DNA of 64,000 nt from the NCBI RefSeq assembly GCF_001194135.2, contig NC_068985.1:83530053-83594052 (forward strand). Reading direction: 5' to 3'. Origin of the DNA: Octopus bimaculoides. Lineage: Eukaryota. Below, piece after piece: positions 1-13,334 of this stretch. A model generated the notes under the pieces. The model was given only the letters and a program-made list of their open reading frames with translations, made no database searches and had not been told where the DNA came from. A program made the translations under genes and the position numbers. Each line of letters starts with the position of its first letter. Positions within the stretch are counted from its first letter, which is position 1.

Positions 1-420
1 CTGCCATTACGTTCTGAGTTCAAATTCCGCCAAGATCAACTTTGCCTTTCATCCTTTCAGGGTCGATTAAATAAGTACCAGTTATGCACTGGAGTCGACA
101 TAATTGACTTAATCCCTTTGTCTGTCCTTGTTTGTCCTCTCTATATTTAGCCCCCTGTGGGCAATAAAGAAATAAATAATGATGATTTCACATTTTGGTA
201 CAAGGCTAACAAGATCAGGGAGTGGGTGGATCAATTACATTGATCCCAGTGTTCAACTGGTAGTTATTTTATCGACCCTGAAAGAATGAAAAGCAAAGCT
301 GACCTTAGTGGAATTTGAACTCTGAACATAAAAACAGACAAAATGCCACTAAGCATTTTGCCCAGCACCCTAATGATTCTGCCAGCCCACCACCTTAATA
401 ATAATAATAATAATAATAAT

Positions 421-480
<60 letters not shown>

Positions 481-940
481 AATAATAATAATGGTTTCAA
501 ATTTTAGCACAAAGTCAGAAATTTGGAGGTAGGGTTTAAGTCAATTATATCGACCCCAGTGTTCAACTGATACTTATTTTATCAATTCTGAAGGGATGAA
601 AGACAAAGTCAACTTTGGTGGAATATAAATTCAAAATGTGAAGACAGACAAAATGCTGCTAAGCATTCTGCCATCTCACTGCCTTAATTTAATAATAATA
701 ATAATGATAATGATAATAATAATAATTATTCCAAATTTTGGCACAAAGCCAGCAATTTCGGGGGAGAGGATAAGTCAATTACATTGATCCCAGTGTTCAA
801 CTGATACTTATTTTATCAACCCTGAGAAGATGAAAGGGAAGGTCAACCTTGGTGGAATTTGAACTCAAAACATAAAGTTGGATGAAATACCACTAAGCAT
901 TTTGCGCGGCATGCTAACACTTTTGCCAGCTCACCACCTT
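1..940. mobile_element. Cluster of four copies of tRNA-derived SINE family A (1-177 +; 187-396, 491-685, 727-940 -) separated by (AAT)n/(AAC)n
   Basis: Shared motif GCTGGCAGAA..GTTAGCA..AAATGCTTAG..GTTCTGAGTTCAAATTCC..GACTTTGCCTTTCATCCTTTC recurs four times here and at more than 10 other loci in the window. Confidence 0.9.
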
Positions 941-1229
941 AAATAATAATAATGTTAAGGATTTTGTCAGTATAAGCTAAATAATTCATAGTTGTGAAAA
1001 TGCGTGATTAAGTAGTTAGATTGTTGGACACACCTTATAGGTTGTGAGTTTGAATTTTGGACTAAGCTTTATGTTATGTCCTTGAAGAAGGCACTTCATT
1101 TGACATTGCTACAGTTTATTCAACAGAAATGGTACCATATAAGAATAACATCCAAGTGCTGGTACAAACTTCTCTGGTACAAACTCCTCTGGCTGTTACA
1201 TCCTGGGTGCTTCAACAGGTAAAAAAGTA

Positions 1230-1557
1230 AGAGGTCTGAGAGCGTATCTACGTCTGCTCTTGACACCATACATTCTAAATACAATCAGAGATTCTATAGC
1301 TACTAAGTCATATTCAATTGCAAGTGACGGGCCTTCGGTTTTTTTTTTTATGCAATTTACAGTTTTTATGCAAGCAATTATATTTTTTCCCCTCCGTTTT
1401 TCCCTTCTTTGGCCTTTCCTTGTTTCCGACGAAGAGCTCCGCTCGAAACGTCATATTCTCTCTCTTTCCTTTCTCTAGCGTCTAGTAACACAATCTGTAT
1501 CACATCCTCATGTTGTTGTTTTTTGTTGTTGTTTTTTTGTCTTTTTCCTTTTTTGAA

Positions 1558-1560
<3 letters not shown>
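1230..1560 (+). mobile_element. Penelope-like pseudo-LTR remnant carrying a minimal hammerhead motif
   Basis: CCGACGA-A-GAGC-TCC-GCTC-GAAA-CG-TC at 1426-1452 within a T-rich tail. Boundaries approximate. Confidence 0.55.
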
Positions 1561-1601
<41 letters not shown>

Positions 1602-1915
1602 GTTTACCTGTGAAGTTATCTAAAGTCAGACAAGAGATAAACATCAAAATTCACATATTTAATGGTCATCTGTATTGTAAATCTCTTGTGTTCTCAGAAC
1701 ATAAACCGCATTTCTTGAATACCATTTAACCACATTCACCTAGTGTCACACTGCTTTATGAATATTTCTAATAAATTGTAATAATTTATAATTAGCTAAT
1801 TTAGTGTCAGTGCTTAACTTTAGTATATCGTTAATTGATGTCATTTACATGCAAGCAGCACATGCATAAACTCATGCCAAATAGTGCCATCTACAGATAT
1901 CCTGAGTAAGCAACT

Positions 1916-2146
1916 ATTGGGTTGTCCGGAAAGTTTGTGCCAATTTTTAAAAGAAAGAAAAAGGTCAATAAATACTTGCCATTACATTTTTAATCAACTA
2001 CATATGAACCATTTTGTTGCACAATGCATCTCTATTTTTCCTTTAACTTGAAAATACCCTCTTCCCAAAATTGAGGTGGTTTCATGGCAAATAAGTTGAA
2101 AGGTAAGCTACTATAAATCAACACAAACTTTCCAGACAACCCAATA
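1916..2146. mobile_element. Mariner-type MITE
   Basis: Terminal inverted repeats TATTGGGTTGTCCGGAAAGTTTGTG / CACAAACTTTCCAGACAACCCAATA with TA ends. Confidence 0.85.
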
Positions 2147-2319
2147 GCATGCTATATATATTGCACTTGCAGATGTTACGTTCTTTGGTCGTTGGCATGG
2201 CTGTATGGCTTAGAAGTGCATGATTCTGTGCCAGTGCATTTCTGACTCTATAGCGTCAGGTGGAGAAATCAATGAAATTTTTCGTTAATAAAAACTGTGT
2301 GGAATTCTAAATGATGTGG

Positions 2320-2700
2320 CTATGTGGTAAGAAACTTGCTTCCTAACTACATGGTTCTGGGTTTAAGTTGCATTCTGTGGCTCCTTGGGCGAGTATCTTC
2401 TATACTAACCTTAGGTCAACCAAAGCTTTGTAAATGGATTTGCGAGATGGGAACTGAAAAAAGCCCATCATGTGTGTGCATGTCTGTGTTTGTCACCCCA
2501 TCACTGCTTGACAACTGGTGTTGGTGTGTTTGCATCCCCATAACTTAGAAGTTTGGCAAGAGAGAGCAATAGAATATGTACCAAGATTAGCAAAGTAATT
2601 AAGTTCTGTGGTCGATTCATTCGACTAAAAATTCATTCAGGGCAATGCTCCAGCATGGCTGCAGTCTAATTACTGAAACAATTAAAAATAATAAAAGAAA
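2320..2700 (+). mobile_element. tRNA-derived SINE family B (CORE-like centre)
   Basis: TGGCTATGTGGTAAGAAACTTGCTTCC head and GAAACAA..AAAAGA tail. Homologous to 30122-30522. Confidence 0.8.
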
Positions 2701-2744
2701 GATATGCCTATATATGTGCATGTTAAAGAGAGGAAGAGAGTATG

Positions 2745-2925
2745 TCATCATCATCATAATCATCATTTAACGTCTATTGTCCATGTTGATATGGGTTAGA
2801 TGGTTTGACCAGAGCTGGGGAGCTGCACCAGACTCCAGTCTGATTTGGCATGGTTTCTACAGCTGGATGCCCCTCCTGACACCAACCACTTTACAGAGTG
2901 TGCTGGATGCTTTTACATAGCACTG
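2745..2925 (-). mobile_element. RTE-tail SINE/LINE 3' end (family E)
   Basis: Reverse complement of AGGGGCATCCAGCTGTAGAAAC..GACGTTAAATGATGATG, homologous to 48125-48420. Confidence 0.8.
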
Positions 2926-3009
2926 CATGAGCATTTTTACTTGGTGCTGCATGAGTGCATTTGCATGGCACTGCCACAAGTGCCTTTCACCACCAGGCAG
3001 ACTGGCCTT

Positions 3010-3262
3010 AACACTTCTGCTGTGGAGTATGGGCCTTTTTAAATCCAGTAAGTGCCAGGTATCTCAACCCTTTGTCATCTTACCTGAAAGGTTCAGCATC
3101 CTGAGGTCATCCTTCAGTACTCCCCCCACCCATGTCTTCCTAGATCTCCCACTTCCATGTGTTCCATCTACTATGAGAAATGGGTACTTCTTTATGGAGC
3201 TGTCAGCATCCATCCACATCACATGACCAAACCAGTGCAACACGAACAGGCTTATGCAGAGA
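3010..3262 (-). pseudogene. RTE-clade LINE, degenerate C-terminal coding fragment
   Basis: Minus frame reads LHWFGHVMWMDADSSIKKYPFLIVDGTHGSGRSRKTWVGGVLKDDLRMLNL, matching the RTE RLRWFGHVxR...GRPRKTW motif. Confidence 0.85.
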
Positions 3263-4596
3263 GAAATATTTATAACTACAGCTTTCGTTCACAAGCAATT
3301 GAATTGGTACCATGAGCCATGATTTCTCTAATAAATCCATCAAGGCCGTCCCACTCATAACTCAGCAGAACATCCAAGATATGACAGCTGAGGAGAAAGA
3401 ATACTACCCCAGCATTCAGCTGGTACTAATATCAGCTGAGTAGACTGAAGCAATATGAAATGAATTGCAATGCACAAGGCCATGCTCAATCCAGGTATTG
3501 AGCCCATGACCTTAAGACTGTGAGCTCACCACCTTACTTCATGGCCATGTGCATTCATTATATCTCTTCTTGTGTATGTGCAGATGTCTATACACATTTG
3601 CATTGAAACCAGTAAACTAGGGTATCAATCAGAACAACTTTGAGCTATTTATTGTGTCCTAGTTTCATAGACACTCCCTTGTTGCTCTGTCCATTAGAAA
3701 TGCAGTGAATTAGTTAGTATTGATTGTTGCATTCTCAATAGAAAGTTTTCCACCAATCCATGAATGTATTTCCTCCAGTAGTGTGTGTGTGTGTGTCCCA
3801 ATTAGCAGATATTTTAAGAAAATAAATGGATGTAAAACTGTAAGACCTAAAGTTGAAATATAGAAATTATGGTGAATCTGATGGTACACTTGAGGCTAGA
3901 GCTAGACCCCACCACCATCTTTACTGATCTTACCTCGAGGAGGAGTTGAACTTTATACTGCAACCTGTTATCTCATCTCTCTTAAAATCATACATACTGC
4001 ACTAATCATTTAAGATTGAGCAGTAATAGTTAGGTTATTGCACTGATGAAGTGCAATAAGACTAAAACATGCTAGCAGTTGTCTCCTAATTTGCCTCAGA
4101 ACAAACTCTCAACTGTATTTTAAATCGGTAATTAATTTTAATTCATTCAAATTTCTGAATTATCTTCCCTGCCTTCCTTAACCAAATTTAATTAATACAG
4201 TAATGATTTTATTACTCCTCATTATGAGTGTTAAGTGTTATGTTAATTAATTGAAATTCTATGGATTATTACATTTAGCAAGTTAGCTCTGACTTCATTA
4301 ATAGCCATAGTCAGATCAGTAATACAGAGAAAAATACCTGATTTCACAAAACTAATAGTCTATAAAAAAATACAAAATAGATATAGAATCAAATAGATGC
4401 ATTGTGGTCTTGTTCTAAGTTGTTCATCGGTCTTGTATAGTCGAACTTGTTCAAGAGTTCTTGGTTTCTGGTGGTTTTGTTGTTTGTGTAATACCATGAT
4501 TGTCCTTCATTGAGATTGTAATTATGGCTAGGGTAATATTTTATCTAACGATTTCTACTTTTGGGAGGTTTTATGGCATATGTAGATATGTTTTAT

Positions 4597-4979
4597 CATG
4601 GCACTCCATTGGTTATGACGACGAGGGTTCCAATTGATCTGATCAATGGAACAGCCTGCTTGTGAAATTAACATGCAAGTGACTGAGCACTCCACAGACA
4701 CGTGTATGCTTAATGTACTTCTTGAGGAGATTCAGCATAACACAGTGTGTAACAAGGCTGGCCATTTGAAATACAGGTATGACAGAAACAGGAAGAAAGA
4801 ATGAGAGAAAGTTGTGGTGAAAGACTACAGCAGGGGTCGCCACCATCCCCTGCTAGAGCCTCATGGAGCTTTAGGTGTTTCCGCTCAATAAACACTCACA
4901 ACGCCTGGTCTGGGAATCGAAACCGCGATCCTATGACCGCAAGTCTGTTGCCCTAACCACTGGGCCATTGCACCTCCAC
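4597..4979 (-). mobile_element. Full-length tRNA-derived SINE family C with 13-bp TSD
   Basis: Reverse complement of the 17249-17630 element. AGATATGTTTTAT is duplicated at 4584-4596 and 4980-4992. Confidence 0.9.
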
Positions 4980-5310
4980 AGATATGTTTTATATGTATAA
5001 GTTAAAGTAGTGAGGAAAGGCAAACAATTAGTCAAGGAAGGACAAGGACATTTGATTTCAATCTAAAATGTTTTGCTACAGAACAAATGGTAAAAATAGT
5101 ATGAGATTCTAGTGGCACATCTGTTTGAGCACTCAGAACGTATACCTATTAAATTCAGTCATCCTGACAAAAACTTCTCATATGAGGATTTTTCTGGTTT
5201 TAACAAATAGAATATTACTCTACCTTTCGTATTCAACTACTATTTTTTTACCATCTTGTCTTGCATTTATGTGCTTACTTGTGTGCATGTGTGTGTGTGT
5301 ATGTCTATAA

Positions 5311-5457
5311 ATAGAGAGGCAATTATGCAGATAAACAAATTAGATACATCAAATATATCAAATATATTAAATATATTAGTTTATGTATGAAATATATTTG
5401 ATATTTTTAATATATTTAATGTATCTAATTTGTTTATTCACCTAATTGCCTCTATAT
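5311..5457. repeat. Fold-back (palindromic) MITE-like element
   Basis: Arm AGAGGCAATTATGCAGATAAACAAATTAGATACAT.. pairs with ..ATGTATCTAATTTGTTTATTCACCTAATTGCCTCT. Arms about 65 bp, loop about 15 nt. Confidence 0.8.
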
Positions 5458-6027
5458 CTGTTCAACTTGATCCCTCTTATAGGCTTTTGTTACCTTGAGG
5501 AATGATCTCCTGTAAAGACATCAGTGTCGCAGTTTGAATCTTTGGAGCCCTACTAAGTGTCTTCTAGATGGAAAATCTCTGGATCTCATCTGTGACATAT
5601 ATGCATATATATATATATATACTGATTATATCAGAGACTCTTCATGGCTGTAGGGACAAGAGAAAAATCTACAGTTTATATAGTGTTCAGTTAAAGCCAT
5701 GTAAACTCCAGGTGATAAGGTGTGGACTATGTGAAGAAGAAGCCTCCATAAACTCAAGATTTTTCTCTTGTCTCCACTGTTGTCAACAGCCCAGTTAGAG
5801 GTGAAACTCAGAGTAGACTGTCAACTTTAATATAATATGTATATATCTACCCACTTCACCCAGTGTGTTGATTATTATTATTATTATACTAGACTATGCA
5901 GTATTTAAAATATTTTATTAATGTGCTTTACTGGTATTATATTAATAAATACATACATGTATTTTTATGTGCATGTATGCAGACGTATATCATGCAAATA
6001 AACACACAAACATATATGCATGCATGT

Positions 6028-6269
6028 ATCATCATCATCATCATCGTTTAACGTCCGCTTTCCATGCTAGCATGGGTTGGACGATTTGACTGAGGACTGG
6101 TGAAACCGGATGGCAACACCAGGCTCCAGTCTGATTTGGCAGAGTTTCTACAGCTGGATACCCTTCCTAACGCCAACCACTCAGAGAGTGTAGTGGGTGC
6201 TTTTACGTGTCACCCGCACGAAAACGGCCACGCTCGAAATGGTGTCTTTTATGTGCCACCCGCACAAGC
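6028..6269 (-). mobile_element. Family E RTE-tail SINE, truncated by assembly gap
   Basis: (CAT)n GTTTAACGTCCGCTTTCCATGCTAGCATGGG..CAGCTGGATACCCTTCCTAACGCCAACCAC. Confidence 0.85.
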
Positions 6270-7468
6270 NNNNNNNNNNNNNNNNNNNNNNNNNNNNNNN
6301 NNNNNNNNNNNNNNNNNNNNNNNNNNNNNNNNNNNNNNNNNNNNNNNNNNNNNNNNNNNNNNNNNNNNNNNNNNNNNNNNNNNNNNNNNNNNNNNNNNNN
6401 NNNNNNNNNNNNNNNNNNNNNNNNNNNNNNNNNNNNNNNNNNNNNNNNNNNTGTGTGTATGTATGAATATATATATTGAGGCATTTGTATATATTTATCA
6501 TATATATGTATAATCTATCTATCTATATATATATATGTGCATATATATATATATTTGTATACACACACACTGGAATGGTAAAAATAGAGCTATTTTTATA
6601 TATTTTTCTTTGCCTGGAAACATGAGGGTTTCTTCTTTTATTTTATTTGTTTTTTTTATTATATTTTCTCTCCTTCATTTTTTTTGTTTCAATTTTCTTT
6701 ACATTTTTTTCTTTATTTTTCTTGGTGGTGCGGAGGTGTGATTAATTTATTTTCTTCATATTTGGATAGCAAGAAGCAACTTTATTCAATGTTAACACGA
6801 TAACTTTGTTTACAGAATTGTCTGGAAATCATCAAAATATTTACTCCATATTCACAAATGAAATGTCTTCATTTGATTGGTGCTGCATATTAGAAACTGC
6901 ATATTGGTGAAACATCCTTTGTTCACTCATTCACCCAGTCACGCAGGACTTTGGCTCCTGCTGGACAATACTATCATACAAATTCTTTCTTAATAATTCT
7001 TCCCTCATTTTTGTATGCATTTATCATTTTAATTTATTTAGAAACCATCATCCTCATCATCATTCTCATCATCATCATCACCATCATCATTGCAGTCATC
7101 GTCACTGACATTATTCTTCTTGTTGTAGGTGATGGTGGTGGTGGTTTTGCTGCTGCTGTTTTCATGTAAACTTCAATCGCTTTGATTTCTTTCTCTAATT
7201 TTATGCATGTGTATCAAATACTGCAGGTCTATTCAGAAATTCTATTTCATTTTAGATTATTTTTAATTGTAAGCATATACATTTTTTAACAAATTTTTAA
7301 AAAAAGAAATATATATATATACACACGCATATATATATATATATATGCATATATACATCCATATATATATGTAGATAGATATATTACATATATATATATA
7401 TGCATATATATATGTTTGTGTGCATATGCCTATGTATATCTCAATGTATTTATAAATATGTGTGTGTG

Positions 7469-7534
<66 letters not shown>

Positions 7535-8118
7535 GATATATGGATATATATGTTTATATATGTGCCTGTGTATATTTATATTTATGTATATATANNNNNN
7601 NNNNNNNNNNNNNNNNNNNNNNNNNNNNNNNNNNNNNNNNNNNNNNNNNNNNNNNNNNNNNNNNNNNNNNNNNNNNNNNNNNNNNNNNNNNNNNNNNNNN
7701 NNNNNNNNNNNNNNNNNNNNNNNNNNNNNNNNNNNNNNNNNNNNNNNNNNNNNNNNNNNNNNNNNNNNNNNNNNNNNNNNNNNNNNNNNNNNNNNNNNNN
7801 NNNNNNNNNNNNNNNNNNNNNNNNNNNNNNNNNNNNNNNNNNNNNNNNNNNNNNNNNNNNNNNNNNNNNNNNNNNNNNNNNNNNNNNNNNNNNNNNNNNN
7901 NNNNNNNNNNNNNNNNNNNNNNNNNNNNNNNNNNNNNNNNNNNNNNNNNNNNNNNNNNNNNNNNNNNNNNNNNNNNNNNNNNNNNNNNNNNNNNNNNNNN
8001 NNNNNNNNNNNNNNNNNNNNNNNNNNNNNNNNNNNNNNNNNNNNNNNNNNNNNNNNNNNNNNNNNNTTATCTGTATCCATTTTTGTGAATACACCCATTT
8101 TCAGCTACAAACACACAC

Positions 8119-8166
<48 letters not shown>

Positions 8167-8319
8167 CAATATATTAAGTTGCATATTATAATTTTGTAGT
8201 TCAGATGTTCTAAAGTATCTTGCATTAATAGTTTGCCAGGGAGTTGGTACTACCAACAATATCAATAATAAATGGTAAACAACTTTGGCAAACAAGCTGA
8301 ACACTTTATGTGAATATTT

Positions 8320-8350
<31 letters not shown>

Positions 8351-8682
8351 ATGACAACAGCACCAACCCCTATGCATTCACGAATACACATGTTCTCACA
8401 TACTTGTATGATTATATATATACATACCATTATATATATACTTATTGAATTTCTTTACTGATACTGTTTTACATAGGGTAAATGTTTTGAAAGTTGTGGT
8501 TTCTTTAGTATGTTTGTTCCCAAACAACACTTATTTTAGTACTGTTGACACTGCCAGATTGAATATTACTACCCAGGTGTCAAAACCTTAATGATATCTG
8601 TGGGGCAGCTGATGATGGAGGTATGTTGGATTGTTGGTATGGCTGTTTTTGTATATGTGGATCAGTATGATTACACATCCTT

Positions 8683-8722
<40 letters not shown>

Positions 8723-8725
<3 letters not shown>

Positions 8726-9422
8726 TAGCTGGTGTACCCGGTAATTCTCGGGGGTAAAGATTTTCTATTGAAATGCCTCATTACTCTGATATAAGAAAGC
8801 AATTTCATTATAGATACCACAAAAGGTGTATTTTCTGTCATGAAAATGTACAAAATACTGTCAGCTGGAGGAAGGAGAGATTGTTGGAGTTTGGCGAGAG
8901 AGGTTTATGGAGGTTGGTGAGAAAGATTGTCGGAGGTTGGTGAGAGGCAAAGACATTATTCTGCTTAGCAAAGGCATCTGGGAAATGTATAACGGCTGTC
9001 ATTCACAGAAAAACTATTGTTTTACTGTGACAAAATCGCTGTTGAAATGTTAAGTGAAATTTGGCAATCGAGGATCGAATCCACACTATGCCTGCATGAA
9101 GCCACTACAAATACGTTGTGGAATAAAAAATTTATCTACTGTCATGGAAAAAGTGTAACTGTAAAACTGCAGAATTATTGGAGTAATGAGCATTCCAAAA
9201 ATTATGTATCTATAGAAATGTATGACTGAATTCTTTAAGATTTAAGATTCAAATTAATGAAGTGCAATAACGTTTAGCAGTTCAAAACTCTGAGTAATGA
9301 AATGCAGAATTAGGTCGGCTGATCGTGAGAATCAAATATTGATCGCTTCGCTAAAATCTGCAGGTGGTATGGGTTATAACCCTTGGGTTGTTGAAATAAA
9401 CTATTAGTAATATGTAGTAGAT
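8723..9422 (+). mobile_element. Putative non-autonomous Helitron/Helentron
   Basis: Begins TACTAGCTGGTGTACCCGGTAATTCTCGGG directly after (TA)n, with a short 5' hairpin, and ends CTATTAGTAATATGTAGTAGAT. No TIR or TSD seen. Termini resemble animal Helitron-type elements. Confidence 0.45.
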
Positions 9423-9688
9423 AGAAGGATCCATTGGCAGGCCCCTATTAACAATTTTTTTCACCAATCTAAGTATGTCATGAGGTTTCAAGACATGAGT
9501 TCCACTCACATGTCAAATAAAGTATAAAAGTGATATTGTCTGCAAAAATTAGAAATAGGACGTTACAAAAAGTAACTTACAAGTATTACAGTCTGAGGAG
9601 ATATTTTGTAGTAGAAGAATTAGTAGTTTGACTGCTATTTCTAAAATTCTGTATGTGGTGAAGCAACTTTTGCTGATCCCTTAATTAT

Positions 9689-9736
<48 letters not shown>

Positions 9737-10679
9737 GTATGTGCATCTTACCAATTTCATAATAAAATACAAACAGGAAGCTGGATAAAACAACAGAAAC
9801 AAACATAAAAAATAAAACAAAATTAAAAGAAATAGAAAATAGGTAAAAAATCTTTTAAATTTTCAAGGGTCAAAGAACAACAAAAATATAATAACTGAAA
9901 AGGATTAAATACCTCAACCTCAATGTGAAATATTGCACAAAATTTAAAAACCAAAAGAAAAAAACCCCCATCCGAAACTGAAAAACAAATAACTGAAACG
10001 CTACCAAGAAAGACTTCACAGAAAATCCCACTTCCATTGCACATACACATGCACACACCCACAAACACACATACTCACACACATTCACATTCACATACCC
10101 ACCTTTTACATACACACACATATAGTCTCACAGAGTTGAAACACTGTTTGATTTATTTTTTTCAGCATACAATTTTCATCATCCCACTACCAATTATGAC
10201 ATCACACCTTCCTTCCTATACGATGGGCTTCATACAGTTTCCATCGACCAAATCTACTCACAAGACTTTGGTCAGTCCAAGGCTGTAGTAAAAGACACTT
10301 GCCCAATGTGCTAGACAGTAGGACTGAACCCAGAGCCAGATGGTTAGGAAGCAAGCTTCTTACCACACAGCCACACCTGCATAAATGTTATTGTTTTTCT
10401 CAAATAAATTGCACTTCAATTTTGAAGTTGAAGCTCTGGTGAAGCTATAAGGTGTTACTGGTGCACCCAACTACGAGGTCATGGCATCTTATAGCAAAAA
10501 CAGCAGTAAGTTAATGAAATTGATAAGATGATCGTTTAATCCTTTGTTATCACACACAAATACATGGATTCAATACTTCTGCACAAATGCACAAATACAT
10601 GTACAAAATTCCATGATCTTATAAAACTTTAAAAACAAAGAAGTAATTCTGCATATAAACAGATGAAAAGATGTATAGA

Positions 10680-11140
10680 ATCAGTGATGTGATTTGTGAG
10701 GTTTCTGAAAAAATAATTCAAATAAAATCAGTGACGGGCAAAAATATGGAAGTAGTGATGATGAAGGTAGGGATAATAATGGTGGTGACAATCCTGATAG
10801 CGATGATGATGAAGGTAGAGAAGGTTTAGAATTAGTGGTGGTGGTGGTGGTGGTGGTGGTGGAGTTGGGCTGCAGTGTGGCAGTGACAGTGGTAGTCAAA
10901 GTGATGATGGTCGTGGTGGTGGTGGTGGTGGTGGTTGGGGTGTGGTTGGTGCTGCTGCTGATGGTGTTGTTGGTGGTGTTGTCGGTGGTGATGCGGTTGA
11001 TGGTAATGGTGGTGTTGATGGCGTTGTTGGTGGTGGTGATTCTGTTCATTATGGTGCTGGTGATGGTGTTGGTAGTGGTGCTGGTGTCAATCATGATGAT
11101 GATGATAAAAATGGTGATGATGATGACAGTAGCTTCACAC
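10680..11140. repeat. Compound (GGT)n/(GAT)n low-complexity tract
   Basis: Directly visible trinucleotide repeats that generate the poly-V, poly-T and poly-G ORFs. Confidence 0.9.
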
Positions 11141-12104
11141 AATTACCTTAAAACTGGGTTTGCTAATCACATGTTTCATTTCTTTACATTGTTGAGTAAA
11201 ATTTTTTACCTGTGATTTACACATTGATGAGTTGGTAAAGGGATTGGCCATTCATGTGGTCACTAGTTCACATTCCATCACTGAAATTATATTACCTGTG
11301 TTGAACCCACAGCAAACACTCAACTTTCAAACAGTTCATTCCACTTAATTGTAAACTAGGATACCACAAGGGAGAAACGCATCACTTCATTTGAAACAAT
11401 AGCAATGTGATTATGAATAATTTTTGGAGAAGGATGTGCTTCATCAAGTTGTCTTACTCTAGATATAGAGACAGCTATTCATATCTCTTAGAATACCTTT
11501 ATATGGCCACTCAGTCAACTAAAATATCAACCAAATTGCTTTCAAATCATACCCACTAACTTAAAGGATATAGAAGCATTAAATAATGTTGTCTGAGTAT
11601 TGCCCAAAAAAAGATTGTATGGTCCTGGTTGGAATGCTTTTAATCATATGGTCTGCTTAATAAGGGATGACCTAGGGCTAAACACAGACAAATCTAGATA
11701 CATTACTTTCATTATCATCAGCCTTTAGCAGCTGAGTAGACTTATGGCTCAATGTTCTTTTTTTTATTCGGTTTTATGATATTTTTCTTTGTTTTTATCA
11801 TCCATTTAGATTTTCCAGGATGTCCATTCTTGTAATTGCAGTGCAACTGCAAATATTATAACCATTAGCCATCAAAGAGTTAATGCTGATGAAGAATAGA
11901 CAAAGGTTTTTCAATTAGAAAAGAAATACCTCCCCACCCACTCCCAGGCTTGGCCAAAAGCAAAACAAAACAAAAAACACCAGAAAAACAGAATGAAACC
12001 TTCCAAATATTAATAATAACTGTCAAAGACAATAAGGGTAGAGAGATATCTCATGAAACATTGGGTTTGTCTCTGTTTTCAAAACCCATTGCTGTTATAT
12101 CATT

Positions 12105-12188
<84 letters not shown>

Positions 12189-12344
12189 GATGTTCTTCTT
12201 TTGGAAGCAGTTGTGGTTGTGTTATTATTAATGCTATTGTTTTGTGGGGTAGCATTTGTTTCCTGGTTTATATATTTTTCTCAGAGCTTTACTAAATTGT
12301 CTTTATTATCATCATCATTACCATTATTATTATTATTATTATTA

Positions 12345-12384
<40 letters not shown>

Positions 12385-12418
12385 TGCTATTATTGTTGTC
12401 ATCATCATCATTATTTTT

Positions 12419-12458
<40 letters not shown>

Positions 12459-12615
12459 CATTTCAATAATTAGAAAGTTTTTTTTGTTTTTTGTTAATTT
12501 ATGGAAGTTTTAAATTCTTTATACCTCTACACAGTGATCATTTGTAATAATCATCTCTTTCTCTAATCTAGTATTCTTATTATCATTGTTATTGTTGTAT
12601 CATAGTTGTCATGGC

Positions 12616-12652
<37 letters not shown>

Positions 12653-13297
12653 CTGGTTGCTATTGTTATGTTATACTTTAAATCTTCTTCACCATCTATC
12701 CATCCATCTTCATACATTTGAATTTCATTTACAACAACAACAACAACAACAACAATTATAATGAATGAACGAACAAAAAAAAACAAAAAAAAACAAGCAA
12801 ACAGAAAAAAAAAACCCAACAGGCAACAACTGAACTAACAACGAAACAAAACACACATTCTCATGAAACAAAACATGAAAATATAATACAAAACTTGTAA
12901 AACTTACAAACAAAACAAATAACAACAACAACAACATGATCAACACCAATAACAACAACAAGAACAAGGACCAGTACACACTAGTAAAAATGCATATTAA
13001 AATAACCTGCTGTTAAAGACAATTTTAAAAATGATACTCCAATTTAAAAATTATACTTTTTCATTAAAACAATTTGTGCTATTTTTTAAAATTATTTCCA
13101 TTTTTTATTTATTTTTTTATTATTGTTGGTGGGGTGTTTCGTTCTTTTTTATACTTTTATCATTATTATTCANNNNNNNNNNNNNNNNNTACTTTTCAAA
13201 TGTTTTATTTATACTGTTTGCATTTTAATTTCTTTTAGGTTTATTCTTTTATACTCACACACACACACACACACACACATATATAATTATTTTTATG

Positions 13298-13334
<37 letters not shown>

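Noticed and set aside
5494-5509. Minus 16-nt micro-exon-like segment
   Set aside because: Short pyrimidine tract. Such matches are expected by chance in 64 kb.
6816-6906. Possible 91-nt plus exon (ELSGNHQNIYSIFTNEMSSFDWCCILETAY)
   Set aside because: Moderate splice sites only and no supporting neighbour or homology.
10681-11215. Thr-rich, Val-rich and Gly/Asp-rich ORFs that look mucin- or collagen-like
   Set aside because: Products of (GGT)/(GAT) repeats, open on both strands, with no splice or domain support.
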